From NCBI GenBank assembly GCA_037441475.1, contig JBBISB010000001.1, positions 485,365 through 517,364 on the forward strand: a stretch of 32,000 bases of DNA. Direction: 5' to 3'. The stretch is from Candidatus Iainarchaeum sp. (GTDB taxonomy: Archaea; Iainarchaeota; Iainarchaeia; Iainarchaeales; CSSED10-239). Made by a program: the position numbers and the translations under genes. Numbering within the stretch: the stretch's first letter is position 1; every line of letters starts with the position of its first letter. Below, piece by piece: positions 8,587 to 20,475 of the stretch. The notes beneath the pieces were generated by a model, which had not been told where the DNA came from, did not search any database, and was given only the letters and a program-made list of their open reading frames with translations.

Positions 8587-9168
8587 ATGCAGTCAGATAC
8601 TAAAAATAATATTAATGAAAATGATGTTTCTTTAAATAAAACAGAAGATGTTTTAGAAAATGAATCTTCTTTAGAAAAAGGTTCTTTAGAAGAGTCTTCT
8701 TTAGAAGAAAACAATAACTCTCAAGAGGAAGAATATTTAAACAAAATTTCTTTTCTAGAAGATCAACTAAAGTTATCCTTAGCAGACTTTTCAAACTATA
8801 AAAAAAGAATGGCAAAGGAGCAAGATAATTTTCTATTCTTAGAAACTTCAAAAATAATTTTAGATTTTCTTTCCTTTAAAGAAACTTTACTAAAAGCCAT
8901 TGAGCATGAAGAAAACATTTCTTCAAAAAACAACCTACTAGAGATAAACAACAATTATGATTTAATACTCTCAAGATTAAATATAAAAAAAATAGATCTT
9001 TTAGGTCTTGATTACGATTACAATACAGCAGAGTGTGTCCAAACATTAAAAGTAGATAAAAAAGAAAAACATAATAAGATACTAGATGTCTTAGAAAACG
9101 CTTATACTTATAAAGATAAAATTATAAAACCAGGAAAAGTAATAATCGGTTTATTTTCGGAGGAATAA
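8587..9168 (+). CDS. grpE: Nucleotide exchange factor GrpE
   Basis: LKLSLADFSNYKKRMAKEQDN ... GLDYDYNTAECVQTLKVD ... NAYTYKDKIIKPGKVIIG; strong SD GGAGGA upstream; directly before dnaK. Confidence 0.9.
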   Translation: MQSDTKNNINENDVSLNKTEDVLENESSLEKGSLEESSLEENNNSQEEEYLNKISFLEDQLKLSLADFSNYKKRMAKEQDNFLFLETSKIILDFLSFKETLLKAIEHEENISSKNNLLEINNNYDLILSRLNIKKIDLLGLDYDYNTAECVQTLKVDKKEKHNKILDVLENAYTYKDKIIKPGKVIIGLFSEE

Positions 9169-11010
<1,842 letters not shown>

Positions 11011-11052
11011 ATCTTTTTTTTTTATTTTTTTAAAAAAACTTAGTGATAAACC

Positions 11053-12192
11053 ATGCAAGACAAAGACTACTACTCTCTTTTAGGGGTTTCAAAGGATGCC
11101 TCTTTAGATGAAATTAAAAAAGCCTATAAAACCTTAGCAAAGAAGCATCATCCTGACTTAGCAGGAGCTTCTGCAGATGCTGAGAAGTTTAAAGAGATTA
11201 GTAATGCCTACTCTGTTCTTTCTGATGCAGAGAAGAGGAAACAGTATGATTCCTACGGTCATGATGCTTTTTCAAAAGGGTATGCGGGAAATGCTGGACA
11301 GGGGTTTTCTGGTTTTGGTGGTTTTGATTTTTCAGATATTTTTAATTCCTTTTCAGATGATGATGACGGTGGTTTCTTTTCTCAATTTTCACAAAGAGGG
11401 CAGCGTAGAAGAGAGAGAGAAGAGGACTTAAACCTTGTTTATAACCTTGAGATTGATTTTGAAACAGCTATCTTAGGTGGCAAAGAAAAAATAGAATACT
11501 ATAAAGATATTGAATGTAATTTCTGTGCTGGAACAGGCTCAAAGGACATGCAAAAAGATGTTTGTTCAACCTGTAATGGAAGAGGAAGAACAGTTACAAC
11601 CAAAAGAACTCCTTTTGGAATGTTCTCTGTTGAAAACCTTTGTTCTACCTGTAAGGGAAATGGTTATGTTATTAAAAACCAATGTTCAAAATGTTCAGGA
11701 AAAGGTTTTGTGAAAGATAAAAAAACATTGTCTGTGGATATTCCATCTGGTATTAACACAGGAGATGTCATGAGATTAAGAGAGCAAGGGCACAACCACC
11801 AAGGTGTTAAGGGAGATCTTTTCTTAAACATCTCTGTTAAAAACCACGCTTTCTTTAAAAGAAAAGGAGAGGATCTTTACTGTGAGGTTCCAGTTACTTT
11901 TTCAGATTTAGTTTTAGGAACCACTCTTAAGATAAACAAGTTCAAGGACAAAATAAAATTAAAAATACCCGCAGGGACAGCTAACAACACAACCTTTAAG
12001 GTAAAAGGAACTGGTGTTTCTATCTTTAGTAGAAGAAATGTTCCTGGTGACTTGTATGTTAAGGTGTATGCCTTTGTTCCTGAAAAGATAGACTCTGATT
12101 TTAAGAAGAAAATAAAAGATATTTCTTCTCTTGAAAAAGAGCTTATTAAAAAAGAAATTTCTAAGGATAAAAAGGAGTATGTAGAATATTAG
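11053..12192 (+). CDS. dnaJ: Molecular chaperone DnaJ (Hsp40)
   Basis: DYYSLLGVSKDASLDEIKKAYKTLAKKHHPD, G/F-rich region, four CxxCxGxG-type zinc repeats. Confidence 0.97.
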   Translation: MQDKDYYSLLGVSKDASLDEIKKAYKTLAKKHHPDLAGASADAEKFKEISNAYSVLSDAEKRKQYDSYGHDAFSKGYAGNAGQGFSGFGGFDFSDIFNSFSDDDDGGFFSQFSQRGQRRREREEDLNLVYNLEIDFETAILGGKEKIEYYKDIECNFCAGTGSKDMQKDVCSTCNGRGRTVTTKRTPFGMFSVENLCSTCKGNGYVIKNQCSKCSGKGFVKDKKTLSVDIPSGINTGDVMRLREQGHNHQGVKGDLFLNISVKNHAFFKRKGEDLYCEVPVTFSDLVLGTTLKINKFKDKIKLKIPAGTANNTTFKVKGTGVSIFSRRNVPGDLYVKVYAFVPEKIDSDFKKKIKDISSLEKELIKKEISKDKKEYVEY

Positions 12193-12301
12193 GTATCTTT
12201 TACTTCTTACCTTTCTTTTTTCTTTTTTTGTTTTTCGTCTAAATTTTTCTTATTTTATTTTTTTCTAAAAGTATATAAACTATTTTGTGCATATATTTAA
12301 T

Positions 12302-13669
12302 ATGCATTCTTCTTTCACTTATAAAAAAGGTTTTTTCATTTCAAGAAATAATAATAGAGAAATTAAGATAGCCATAAGTAAATTACTTTTTAAAAACATA
12401 TCAAGTGAGGCCTTCAATCAGCTTCTCTCAATCTCCTCTTTAAAAGAAGTTTCTTCCCCAATCTTAGCAATGCCAGACATTCATCCTGGGTTTGGAGTTC
12501 CAATAGGTTCTGTCTTTGCTTCTTTAAAAGAAAATGCAATCATTAGCGCCGATGCAGTAGGGTATGATATTAACTGTGGAATAAGGATTATTAAAATAAG
12601 TCTTTTTTTAAAAGATCTAAAAAAAGAAGATCTTGTACTTCTTTCCAAAGAGTTAAAGAAACTACCCTTAGGGCTTTCAAGTGATGGTTTAAAATTAAAT
12701 AACAAAGATTATCTAGACATCTTAAAGCAAGGCGCAAACTGGTGTGTGTCCAAGAAATATTGTGAAAAAAAAGATTTGTCTTACATGTACAACCAAGGCT
12801 TCTTTAAAGATGCAGACGTTTCTAAAATTTCAAAAGAGGCTTTAAAGAGAGGTAAGACGCAGGTAGGCACTTTAGGGCAAGGAAATCATTTCATAGATAT
12901 CTTAGAGGTGTCTAAAGTTTTTAACAAGGATATAAGTAACCAATTTGATTTAAGAAAAGGGCAATTAGTTATTATGCTACACACAGGCTCTCGTGGCCTA
13001 GGCCATCAAATAGCTTCTGATTATTTTAAAAAATTTAAAATAAAAGAACCATTATCTCATGCCTCTTTTTCTTCAAAAGAAGGAAGTGATTATTACAAGG
13101 CTATGTGCGCTGCTGCAAACTTTGCTTTTGTAAACAGAACAGTTCTTTCTTCTTTAATAAAAGATGTTTTTTTAAAAACTTTAAAAAAAGAAATTAACTT
13201 TTCTCTTCTCTATGACCTCTCTCATAACATAGCTACTTTTGAAAAGCATAATGGTAAAGAGTACCTTGTTACAAGAAAAGGGGCAACTAGAGTTTTTTTA
13301 AAAGAAGATTTATCTTCAAAAAGTCCTTTTAAAAAAACAGGTTCTCCAATAATCCTTCCAGGCTCAATGCTAGATGATAGCTATATATTAGTCCCTGATA
13401 AAGGGGTTAAGGAAACCTTTTCTTCAGTAGCTCATGGTTCAGGAAGAAGTCTTTCAAGAAAAGAGGCTAAGGAAAAAATATCTTTTAAGGATCTTAAGTC
13501 TTTAATGGAAAAAAACAATGTTATTCTAGAAAACATTTCAGAAAACCTAGCAAGGGAAGAACAACCCTCTTCTTACAAGTCATCAAAGGAAGTTGTGCAG
13601 GCCATGCAGGATTTAAAAATGGTAAAGAAAGTTTTAAAACTTAAACCGATCATTGTAATAATAGGCTAA
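12302..13669 (+). CDS. rtcB: RtcB family RNA ligase
   Basis: MPDIHPGFGVPIGSVFA, AVGYDINCGIRII, GTLGQGNHFIDI, LHTGSRGLGHQIA, LVTRKGATRVF, ILPGSMLDDSYILV, AHGSGRSLSRKEA; probable start ATG 12302. Confidence 0.93.
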   Translation: MHSSFTYKKGFFISRNNNREIKIAISKLLFKNISSEAFNQLLSISSLKEVSSPILAMPDIHPGFGVPIGSVFASLKENAIISADAVGYDINCGIRIIKISLFLKDLKKEDLVLLSKELKKLPLGLSSDGLKLNNKDYLDILKQGANWCVSKKYCEKKDLSYMYNQGFFKDADVSKISKEALKRGKTQVGTLGQGNHFIDILEVSKVFNKDISNQFDLRKGQLVIMLHTGSRGLGHQIASDYFKKFKIKEPLSHASFSSKEGSDYYKAMCAAANFAFVNRTVLSSLIKDVFLKTLKKEINFSLLYDLSHNIATFEKHNGKEYLVTRKGATRVFLKEDLSSKSPFKKTGSPIILPGSMLDDSYILVPDKGVKETFSSVAHGSGRSLSRKEAKEKISFKDLKSLMEKNNVILENISENLAREEQPSSYKSSKEVVQAMQDLKMVKKVLKLKPIIVIIG

Positions 13670-13773
13670 AAGTTGTTAAAAACAAATGTGATAAGATGTA
13701 TCTTAAAAAATTAAAAGTTGTTTCAAAAGAAAATAAGTGTTTTAAAAAGATAATGTTTAAAGGTCGGTAAATC

Positions 13774-14732
13774 ATGTTTAAAAAACTAATATCTAAATTA
13801 AAACCAAAACCAAGGTCCCTTGAAAAAGAAAGAGCAATATATAATGAAAAATTTCATTTTTCTTATGGTTTTAGAGTTAATGACGATAAAAAACTAGATG
13901 TTATAAAAGACATTTATCTTTTTTTAAAGAAAGATAAGCGTTTAGAGTCTTTTGTTTTTGTAGGCAAGGCTCATCACAATAATCAAGGATGTCCTCTTGA
14001 GGTTTATCCTCAAGTTTATCTTCTTTAAAAAAATTAGATCCTAACGTACACAATTATTTTTTAAGGTATGGCTTTTATGGTCTTTTAGAAATTTCTAAAA
14101 AAAATAATTACATTAATTTTAATAATAATATATTAAAAGTTGAAAAATTATATTCTCTTGCGTCAAAGCTACCTTTTGATGAAAAACAAAAGGTCAATGA
14201 GTTTGTAAAATATTTAATAAGAACAGAAAAAATAGGTTCTTTTTCGAATAAACAAATTGAAAGAGAAGTTGAAAGAATTAAAGCAGGGCTATTACAAACA
14301 AAAATAACATCTTCAAAAAAAAGAAAAAGTTGTGATGAAACCTACGGAGGTTTTTTAAGAGCACTTTCTTCAAACACAGCATACTTTACAACTATTGAAA
14401 ATAAACTTTATTTAGAAAAATCACATATAGGAAAGAAAGAGAATTATGCTGGATACAGTAAGCTAGCTCTTGATTTAAGCAACCTTAATGTTTACAGTAT
14501 AGAAACTATTAATGGGAGAAATGTTGTAAGTGAAAAAGCACTTGATTTTTTTGACAGCTATAAAACGTCCATAAACTTATCTGTTACTTCTTACTTTGAA
14601 AGATTAAAAGATAACTATATTAAATATTATCAAAATAAATCTTTTAAAACAGAAGCGCAAAGACAAAAAGCCATACAAAGAATACAAGATATATTTAATA
14701 AAGATAGAATTTCTAATCTATCCAAGAAGTGA
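13774..14732 (+). pseudogene. Uncharacterised protein interrupted by one inferred -1 frameshift near 14026
   Basis: ORF 13774..14028 (frame 1) abuts a ~225-codon open frame (frame 0, LKKLDPNVHNYFLRYGFYGLL...NLSKK, TGA 14730-14732) that has no ATG/GTG/TTG start of its own. Confidence 0.55.
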
Positions 14733-14736
14733 TAAA

Positions 14737-15761
14737 ATGTACGCGCAAACAAAAATTTCTTTAATGTCTTGTAAAGGGGGACGTAATTTTTCTATAAAAG
14801 TTTTAAATCACTTAAATAGATTTTTAAAAGAAGATAATTTTTCTCCAATTTCTTTAACAGACACAGAAGAGGTTCAGTTTAAACACAGAAATAAAATCTA
14901 ATGTTCTAGAGTCAATAAGAGGTAGAGATGTTTACATTATCCAAGATGTTACAAACACTTCTTTTGGATATTTGGTAAGTGACAACATCCTTGCTTTAAA
15001 AACATTAATCAACTCAGCAAGGATATCAGGCGCATCAAAAATAAATGTTATCTTACCAACCTTTCCATTTTCAAGACAAGATAAATCTTTTTCAAGAGAA
15101 GGGATTACAGCAAAAATGTTTGCTCAAGAAATCGAACTTTTAGGAGTTAATACCTTAATCGCCTTAGATATCCATAACCTTGCAATTGCTGGTTTTTTTG
15201 ATAAATGCATTTTTGAAAATTTAAAAGGTTTTAGAGATATTACAAGATTTGTTAAAAAAAATATGCCTCTAGAAAATCTAGTTGTTTCTTCTCCCGATAT
15301 TGGTGGTCTTAAAAGAGCCGAAGGCTATGCTTCTGAACTTAAAATAGATTTAATCTCAATCTATAAAGAAAGAAGTTATACAAAAATAGATCAAATAGAT
15401 AAAATGTATATTTTAGGAGAGGTGATTGGAAAGAATGTTTTACTTGTTGATGATATGATAGATACAGGTGGAACTCTTTACAATGCAGCTAAACTTCTAA
15501 AAAAAGAGGGTGCAAATGAAATTTATTGCATGTTCCTTGCCTTTCTTTAACTCTCCTTGTCTTGAAAGATTTAATGAACTTTTTGAAAATAAAGTTTTAA
15601 CTTATGTTATAGGCACAAATGCTATTTATCACACAGATGATTTTTTAAAAAACACACCTTGGTTTAAATCAATTGATGTTTCTGATTATTTTGCAAAAGT
15701 TATTTTTAATATCCACACCTCAAAGTCAATTTCTTCTTTACTTAAAGATATAAAAGAGTAA
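14737..15761 (+). pseudogene. prs: Ribose-phosphate pyrophosphokinase (PRPP synthetase), coding sequence split by two inferred frameshifts
   Basis: VLESIRGRDVYIIQD, LPTFPFSRQDKSFSREGITAKMFAQEIELLGVNTLIALDIHN, VSSPDIGGLKRAEGYA, VLLVDDMIDTGGTLYNAA; frame 1 -> 2 near 14888 and frame 2 -> 0 near 15543-15548. Confidence 0.8.
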
Positions 15762-15857
15762 AAAATATAATTAAGTATCAAAACACATTTTACTAATATT
15801 TATATATATTATGGTATATATATTTGTATTAAATATATACTTAAAAGGTGAGATATT

Positions 15858-16511
15858 TTGAAAACAGTTATAACAATAATCTTAGTTATGCTTGCACTAG
15901 TTGCAGCAGTTCTTTTTGTTTTGGTTGGTCAAGACAAAGACCAAGCAATAAATCCAGCGGATAACCTACCAGTTAACAATTCTGATTTAATTCCTCCTCA
16001 AGAAATAGTACTTCCTACTGAAGTAATCCCTGTTGATCCGACAATAGATTGTGCAACAGATTTTTCTTGTTTTTCTGGTTATTTATCTTCTTGTAAAAAA
16101 GATGTAAAATATTTACAATCAGAAAAAATAGAATATCCTGCAAATGGAACCAAATATAATTTTTCTTTAGAATATACAATCAATGGTTTAAATCAATTTG
16201 ATGAATGTTTAGTAAGGTTAACTTTAATTGATCATAGAACTTCTTTTTTAGAAATAGAAAGACAAAGATATTTAGCTGAAAATTATACTGAGGCTGGAGT
16301 TTTAGAAATTGAAGATCTATTAAATGTTTCTGCTGGTCACTTAGTTAAAAAAAGCGGGGTTTGTAAATTTGATATTTCTTCACATAATTTAACTTTAACT
16401 AGTTTACAGTTTTTAAATAAAATTATGCAAGGTTATGAAAATTGTTCAGGAGAATTGTTTACATCAACAGGAGATCCTTCTCAAGCACAGTTTTTCATAT
16501 ATGTAAATTAA
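15858..16511 (+). CDS. Membrane-anchored or secreted protein of unknown function
   Basis: N-terminal hydrophobic helix MKTVITIILVMLALVAAVLFVLVG followed by Pro/Asn-rich linker and Cys-containing ectodomain; GGTGAG upstream. Confidence 0.65.
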   Translation: MKTVITIILVMLALVAAVLFVLVGQDKDQAINPADNLPVNNSDLIPPQEIVLPTEVIPVDPTIDCATDFSCFSGYLSSCKKDVKYLQSEKIEYPANGTKYNFSLEYTINGLNQFDECLVRLTLIDHRTSFLEIERQRYLAENYTEAGVLEIEDLLNVSAGHLVKKSGVCKFDISSHNLTLTSLQFLNKIMQGYENCSGELFTSTGDPSQAQFFIYVN

Positions 16512-17129
16512 TATAGTTTATTAAGAAAAATAGTTTATGAAAAAAAGAAATTATCAACAAGAAAAAATATGCATAAATCAAAGAAAGCACAGGGTAATCT
16601 AGAGTCTTTGATATTAATAGGGGGTGCAGTATTAATCTCTGTTGTTATAGTTTCTGTTTTAATCTCAATTGGTGGACAAGGAAGAGATGATGCCTCTACC
16701 CAAGGAGATCAAATCTCTTCTTCCACAGATGGTCCATTACCTCCAACAATAGTTTCAGTAAATGCAAGGTATTTTGATGTTATGCAATCGACACTTTAGT
16801 TTCAACAGACAAAGTAGGTTTAATTACTTTTGCATGGAGGCCTTTATCTAAAGAAGGAACCTTTAAACTAGTAATTCAAAATTCAAAAAATGAAGTTTTA
16901 GGAGATTATGATTATGTTGTTACTTATAATTCTGAATTTCAAGATTCTAAAAACTTAAACCCAAACATTTTAACTAATTTAATTGTTTCTGATATTCCTG
17001 TAGGGCAAGGTGTTTGTGGTGACACCTATTATTTATCTATAGATGTTTCTAAGAATAATCAAACCAAAAGTTCTTCAAGATATGCTTTCAGATGGTCTGA
17101 ACAAGGAGAAAAAACTACTTTAGTTTCAA

Positions 17130-18615
17130 GGCCTGCTTTCTCTCCTTCAGCTGGAACTTATAACATAGCTCAGTTTCCTTTAAATGTTAGCCTAATACAC
17201 GATCCTAGTTATGCAGTTTACTATACAACAGACGGAACTGATCCTATTGTTTCTTCAACAAGAATAATATATTCTGGGGCAATAACTGTTTTGCAAGGAA
17301 CAACTATTAAAGCAGTTTCTGAGTATGCTGGCATTTATTCTGGTGTTTTAACAGGAACTTTCACTGATAGTTATTATACAGTTTCTTCTGTAAATGCAAC
17401 TCCAAGTAGTCAAATAAATCTTCAAGATCCTATTGATGTTTCTTTAGTTACTTCTACTGAACTTTCAACTATTTATTTTCCCTTAGATTCTTCAACACCT
17501 GACTGTTCAGGTAGTTTTACACAGTATACTTCTCCAATAAATGTTTCAAACAATGCAACAATTAAAGCAATTGCTTGTAGAACAAATTATCTTCCAAGTT
17601 CAGTTTCAACATTTACATATACTTTCTTTGTTCCATTAGACCCTGTTGTTATAACTCCTCCTGGTGGATCTTACACCTCTATACAGAAAGTAACTTTAAG
17701 TAACAGTAATGTAGGGGGAACCATAAGGTACACAACAACCGGTGTTGATCCAACAGAAGCAAGTCCAATCTATTCAGGACCAATAAATGTTTCTTCAAGT
17801 AAAACTATAAAGGCAATAGTGTATGTTGGTTCTTTTTCAAGTATAGTTTCTCAAGCAGACTATAACATTACTCTTCCTGCAACTGCTCCGATCTTTAGTC
17901 TGGTTCCTGGAACTTATAATAATCAATCTATTTTACTTAACACAACAACACCCTCTCCTTACACTATAAGATATACTACTGACGGTACTGATCCTGATGA
18001 AGCAAGTAATCTTTATACTGGTTCAGGTGTATATGTTTCAAATAATTTAACTTTAAAAGCAAGAGTCTATAAAACTGATTGGTCTACAAGCCCTGTAACT
18101 ACAGGTGTTTATAACTTTGCTTTATCTGCACCAACTTTTAGTACTTTTCCTGGCGCATACTCTGACTCTCAAGTGGTTTCAATTAATTCTGTTGCAGGCG
18201 TACAGATAAGTTATACTTTAGATGGAAGTAACCCTACACAAACAACTGGTACTTTAATTAACGCAGGAGAGAGCACAACCCTATCACCATTACCTCTGTT
18301 TTAAAAGCAATTGCTTATAAGAATGGTTGGTTATCAAGCCCAATTGCTCAAGGCAATTACACCATTAATGCTCCTGCTGCAAGCCCAGTGTTTTCACCTG
18401 ATGGTGGAACCCATACAAATAGTGTAACTGTTACTTTAAGTTGTGTAACTCCATCAAGCACCATAAGGTACACAACAGATGGAACTACTCCAACAAGAGA
18501 TATTGGAACTATTTATTCTTCTTCATTTAATCTAATCACTACAACAACTGTTAAGGGTGTTTGTTATGCAACTGGTTATTCAACCAGTGCTGTTTCAACA
18601 CAAACCTTTACAATA
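17130..18615 (+). repeat. Five CHB_HEX_C-like (chitobiase/beta-hexosaminidase C-terminal-like) protein repeats of ~75-90 codons
   Basis: Recurring PxFSPxxGTY...YTTDGTDP...IYSGxIxVS...TIKAxxY: e.g. VYYTTDGTDPIVSSTRIIYSGAITV, IRYTTTGVDPTEASPIYSGPINV, IRYTTDGTDPDEASNLYTG, ISYTLDGSNPTQTTG, IRYTTDGTTPTRDIGTIYSS. Confidence 0.8.
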
Positions 18616-18619
18616 CAAA

Positions 18620-19590
18620 ACCCCCCAGGAGCAGTAACTGTTTCAGGTGGAGGAACATTCTGTAATTCAGCTACCTTAACAGCATCAGGTGGAACTGGAG
18701 GTCTAATATACTACCAAGCTACAACCTCAAATGGAACTTCTACTGCAAATCAAACAACAACTGCAAACATAACTTCATCAGGAACTTATTATTTTAGAGC
18801 GTATAGCTCAACAACAGATCTTTTGGGCACTCAAGGAAGTGCAGCAGTAACAATAAGAACAAATTTTACTGCCCCTACTTCAATAACAGGCACAAATACA
18901 ATCTGTTCTGGTAGTTCTACAACATTAACTGCTCAAGGTGGAGTTTTAGGTACTGTTGCATCTTATCAATGGTTTACTTCTGGATGTGGAATTGGTGCTA
19001 GTGCAGGTACTTCACAAAGTATAACCGTAAATCCAACCACAACTACAAATTATTTTGTTAGAATATCAGGTACATGTAACACAACTACTTGTGTTTCCAG
19101 AACAGTAACTGTTAATTCTCCTCCTACAGTAAATGTTACTCCAGCATCAAGATGTGGTTCAGGAGCAGTTACTTTAGGTGCAACAACTTCACAAGGCACA
19201 ATTGAATGGTATACATCATCAACAGGTGGCTCTCCAGTAGGAACAGGAAATAGTTTTACAACCCCAAGTCTTTCTTCTACAACCACTTATTATGTGGGTG
19301 TTACAGGTGCTACTTGTAACCCATCTTCTAGAACTCCTGTTATAGCAACTATTAATCCTCTTCCAGGAAGTGTTTCTGTAACTTTACAGAGTAGTGGGGC
19401 AGGTACTGCAACAATAGCCGCAAGTGGAGGATCAGGAGTACAATTTATTTCCAAGGAAACACTTCTAATGGCACTTCTGTAGATTTAGGTGGAACTCCTC
19501 AAACAGTAACTACGAGTGGAACCTATTTTTTCAGATCTAGAAGCACAGAAGGTTGTTGGGGCACTCAAGGTAGTTTAGTTGTAAATATAC
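18620..19590 (+). repeat. Four Ig-like protein repeats of ~75-80 codons
   Basis: VSGGGTFCNSATLTASGG...GTYYFRAYSS; ITGTNTICSGSSTTLTAQGG...TTNYFVRISG; VTPASRCGSGAVTLGAT...TTTYYVGVTG; SVTLQSSGAGTATIAASGG...GTYFFRSRSTEG. Confidence 0.7.
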
Positions 19591-20475
19591 CTGTTGTTTT
19601 ATCTAATTTAGTTTTAAGTAATAGTCCTTCTTGCTTTAGTTTTAATTCAACAACTTATACTTATAATAGTGTAAGGTATTTAATAAGCACAACAAATAGC
19701 ATAACTGTGACTCTAACAGGCTCAGGAACAATTACAGTAAATGGTTCTCCAGTAATTTCTGGTTCAGCATCAAGTCCAATAAGTATTTCAGATGGTTTAG
19801 AAAAAACAATTACTGTTCAAGTAACTCAAGGAGGTAATTTTGCAACATACACTATAAATGTAAGAAAAATTATTACCACTCATACCGGTACAGCCACGGT
19901 AACTGAAGGAATCTCTGGTGGATTTGCGTGGAGAGTTCATAGATTTACAAGCGGTTCTGGAACTTATAATTCAAACATACCTGTAACAGCTCAATTACTA
20001 GTTGGTGGTGGACCATATAGTGGTGGTGGAGGAAATGCTGGACAATATGTCTATAATGCTAGTTATGCTTTAACCACAGGAAATAAATCTATCACAATTG
20101 GTTCTGGCGGGTATACAACAAATATATGGCCACGTACAAGAATAAGTGGAACTGCCTCTTCATTTGATACAGTAAGTGCATCTGGTGGAATTACTGGTTT
20201 AGAAGGTTATTCTAACGGTAGTGGTGGTGCAAATGGATTAGGAGTAGCAGGTCAAACCTTTGCCCAAGGGGTGCTGGTTCCCCTGGAATTGCAAATTCAA
20301 TAACAGGCTCCACTGTTACTTATGCTAAAGTAGGTAATGGTGGTAATGGAGCTGTAAGTGGAGCTGCTAATACCGGTAATGGTAGAGATGGAGGTTATGA
20401 TTTAACTTTCATTACTGGCGGTACTGGTGTTGTAATTATAAGGGTACAGATACCAGTATAGTTTTATTTTTTTAT

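Larger units (their letters stand above)
16569..20461 (+). pseudogene. Very large class III signal-peptide (pilin-anchored) adhesin-like protein, interrupted by four inferred -1 frameshifts
   Basis: N-term KKAQGNLESLILIGGAVLISVVIVSVLISIGGQGRDDA; then WRPL...RYAFRWS pilin-type module, repeated Y-T-T-D-G-T-x-P modules, Ig-like repeats, cadherin-like sandwich, Gly-rich C-terminus. Breaks near 16785, 18275, 19445 and 20265. Confidence 0.7.

Noticed and set aside
11177-11713. Alternate-frame ORFs 11177..11431 and 11510..11713
   Set aside because: Overlap dnaJ in another frame, low-complexity shadow translations.
19700-20461. Possible intein or separate gene for the Gly-rich ORF 19707..20303
   Set aside because: It is in the corrected frame of the preceding adhesin, lacks intein motifs, and its Gly-rich pattern matches a C-terminal surface domain.
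16569-20461. Phase variation by homopolymer slippage in the adhesin
   Set aside because: Runs at the breaks are only about 3-5 nt and there are four separate breaks, so a classical on/off switch is not supported without population read data.
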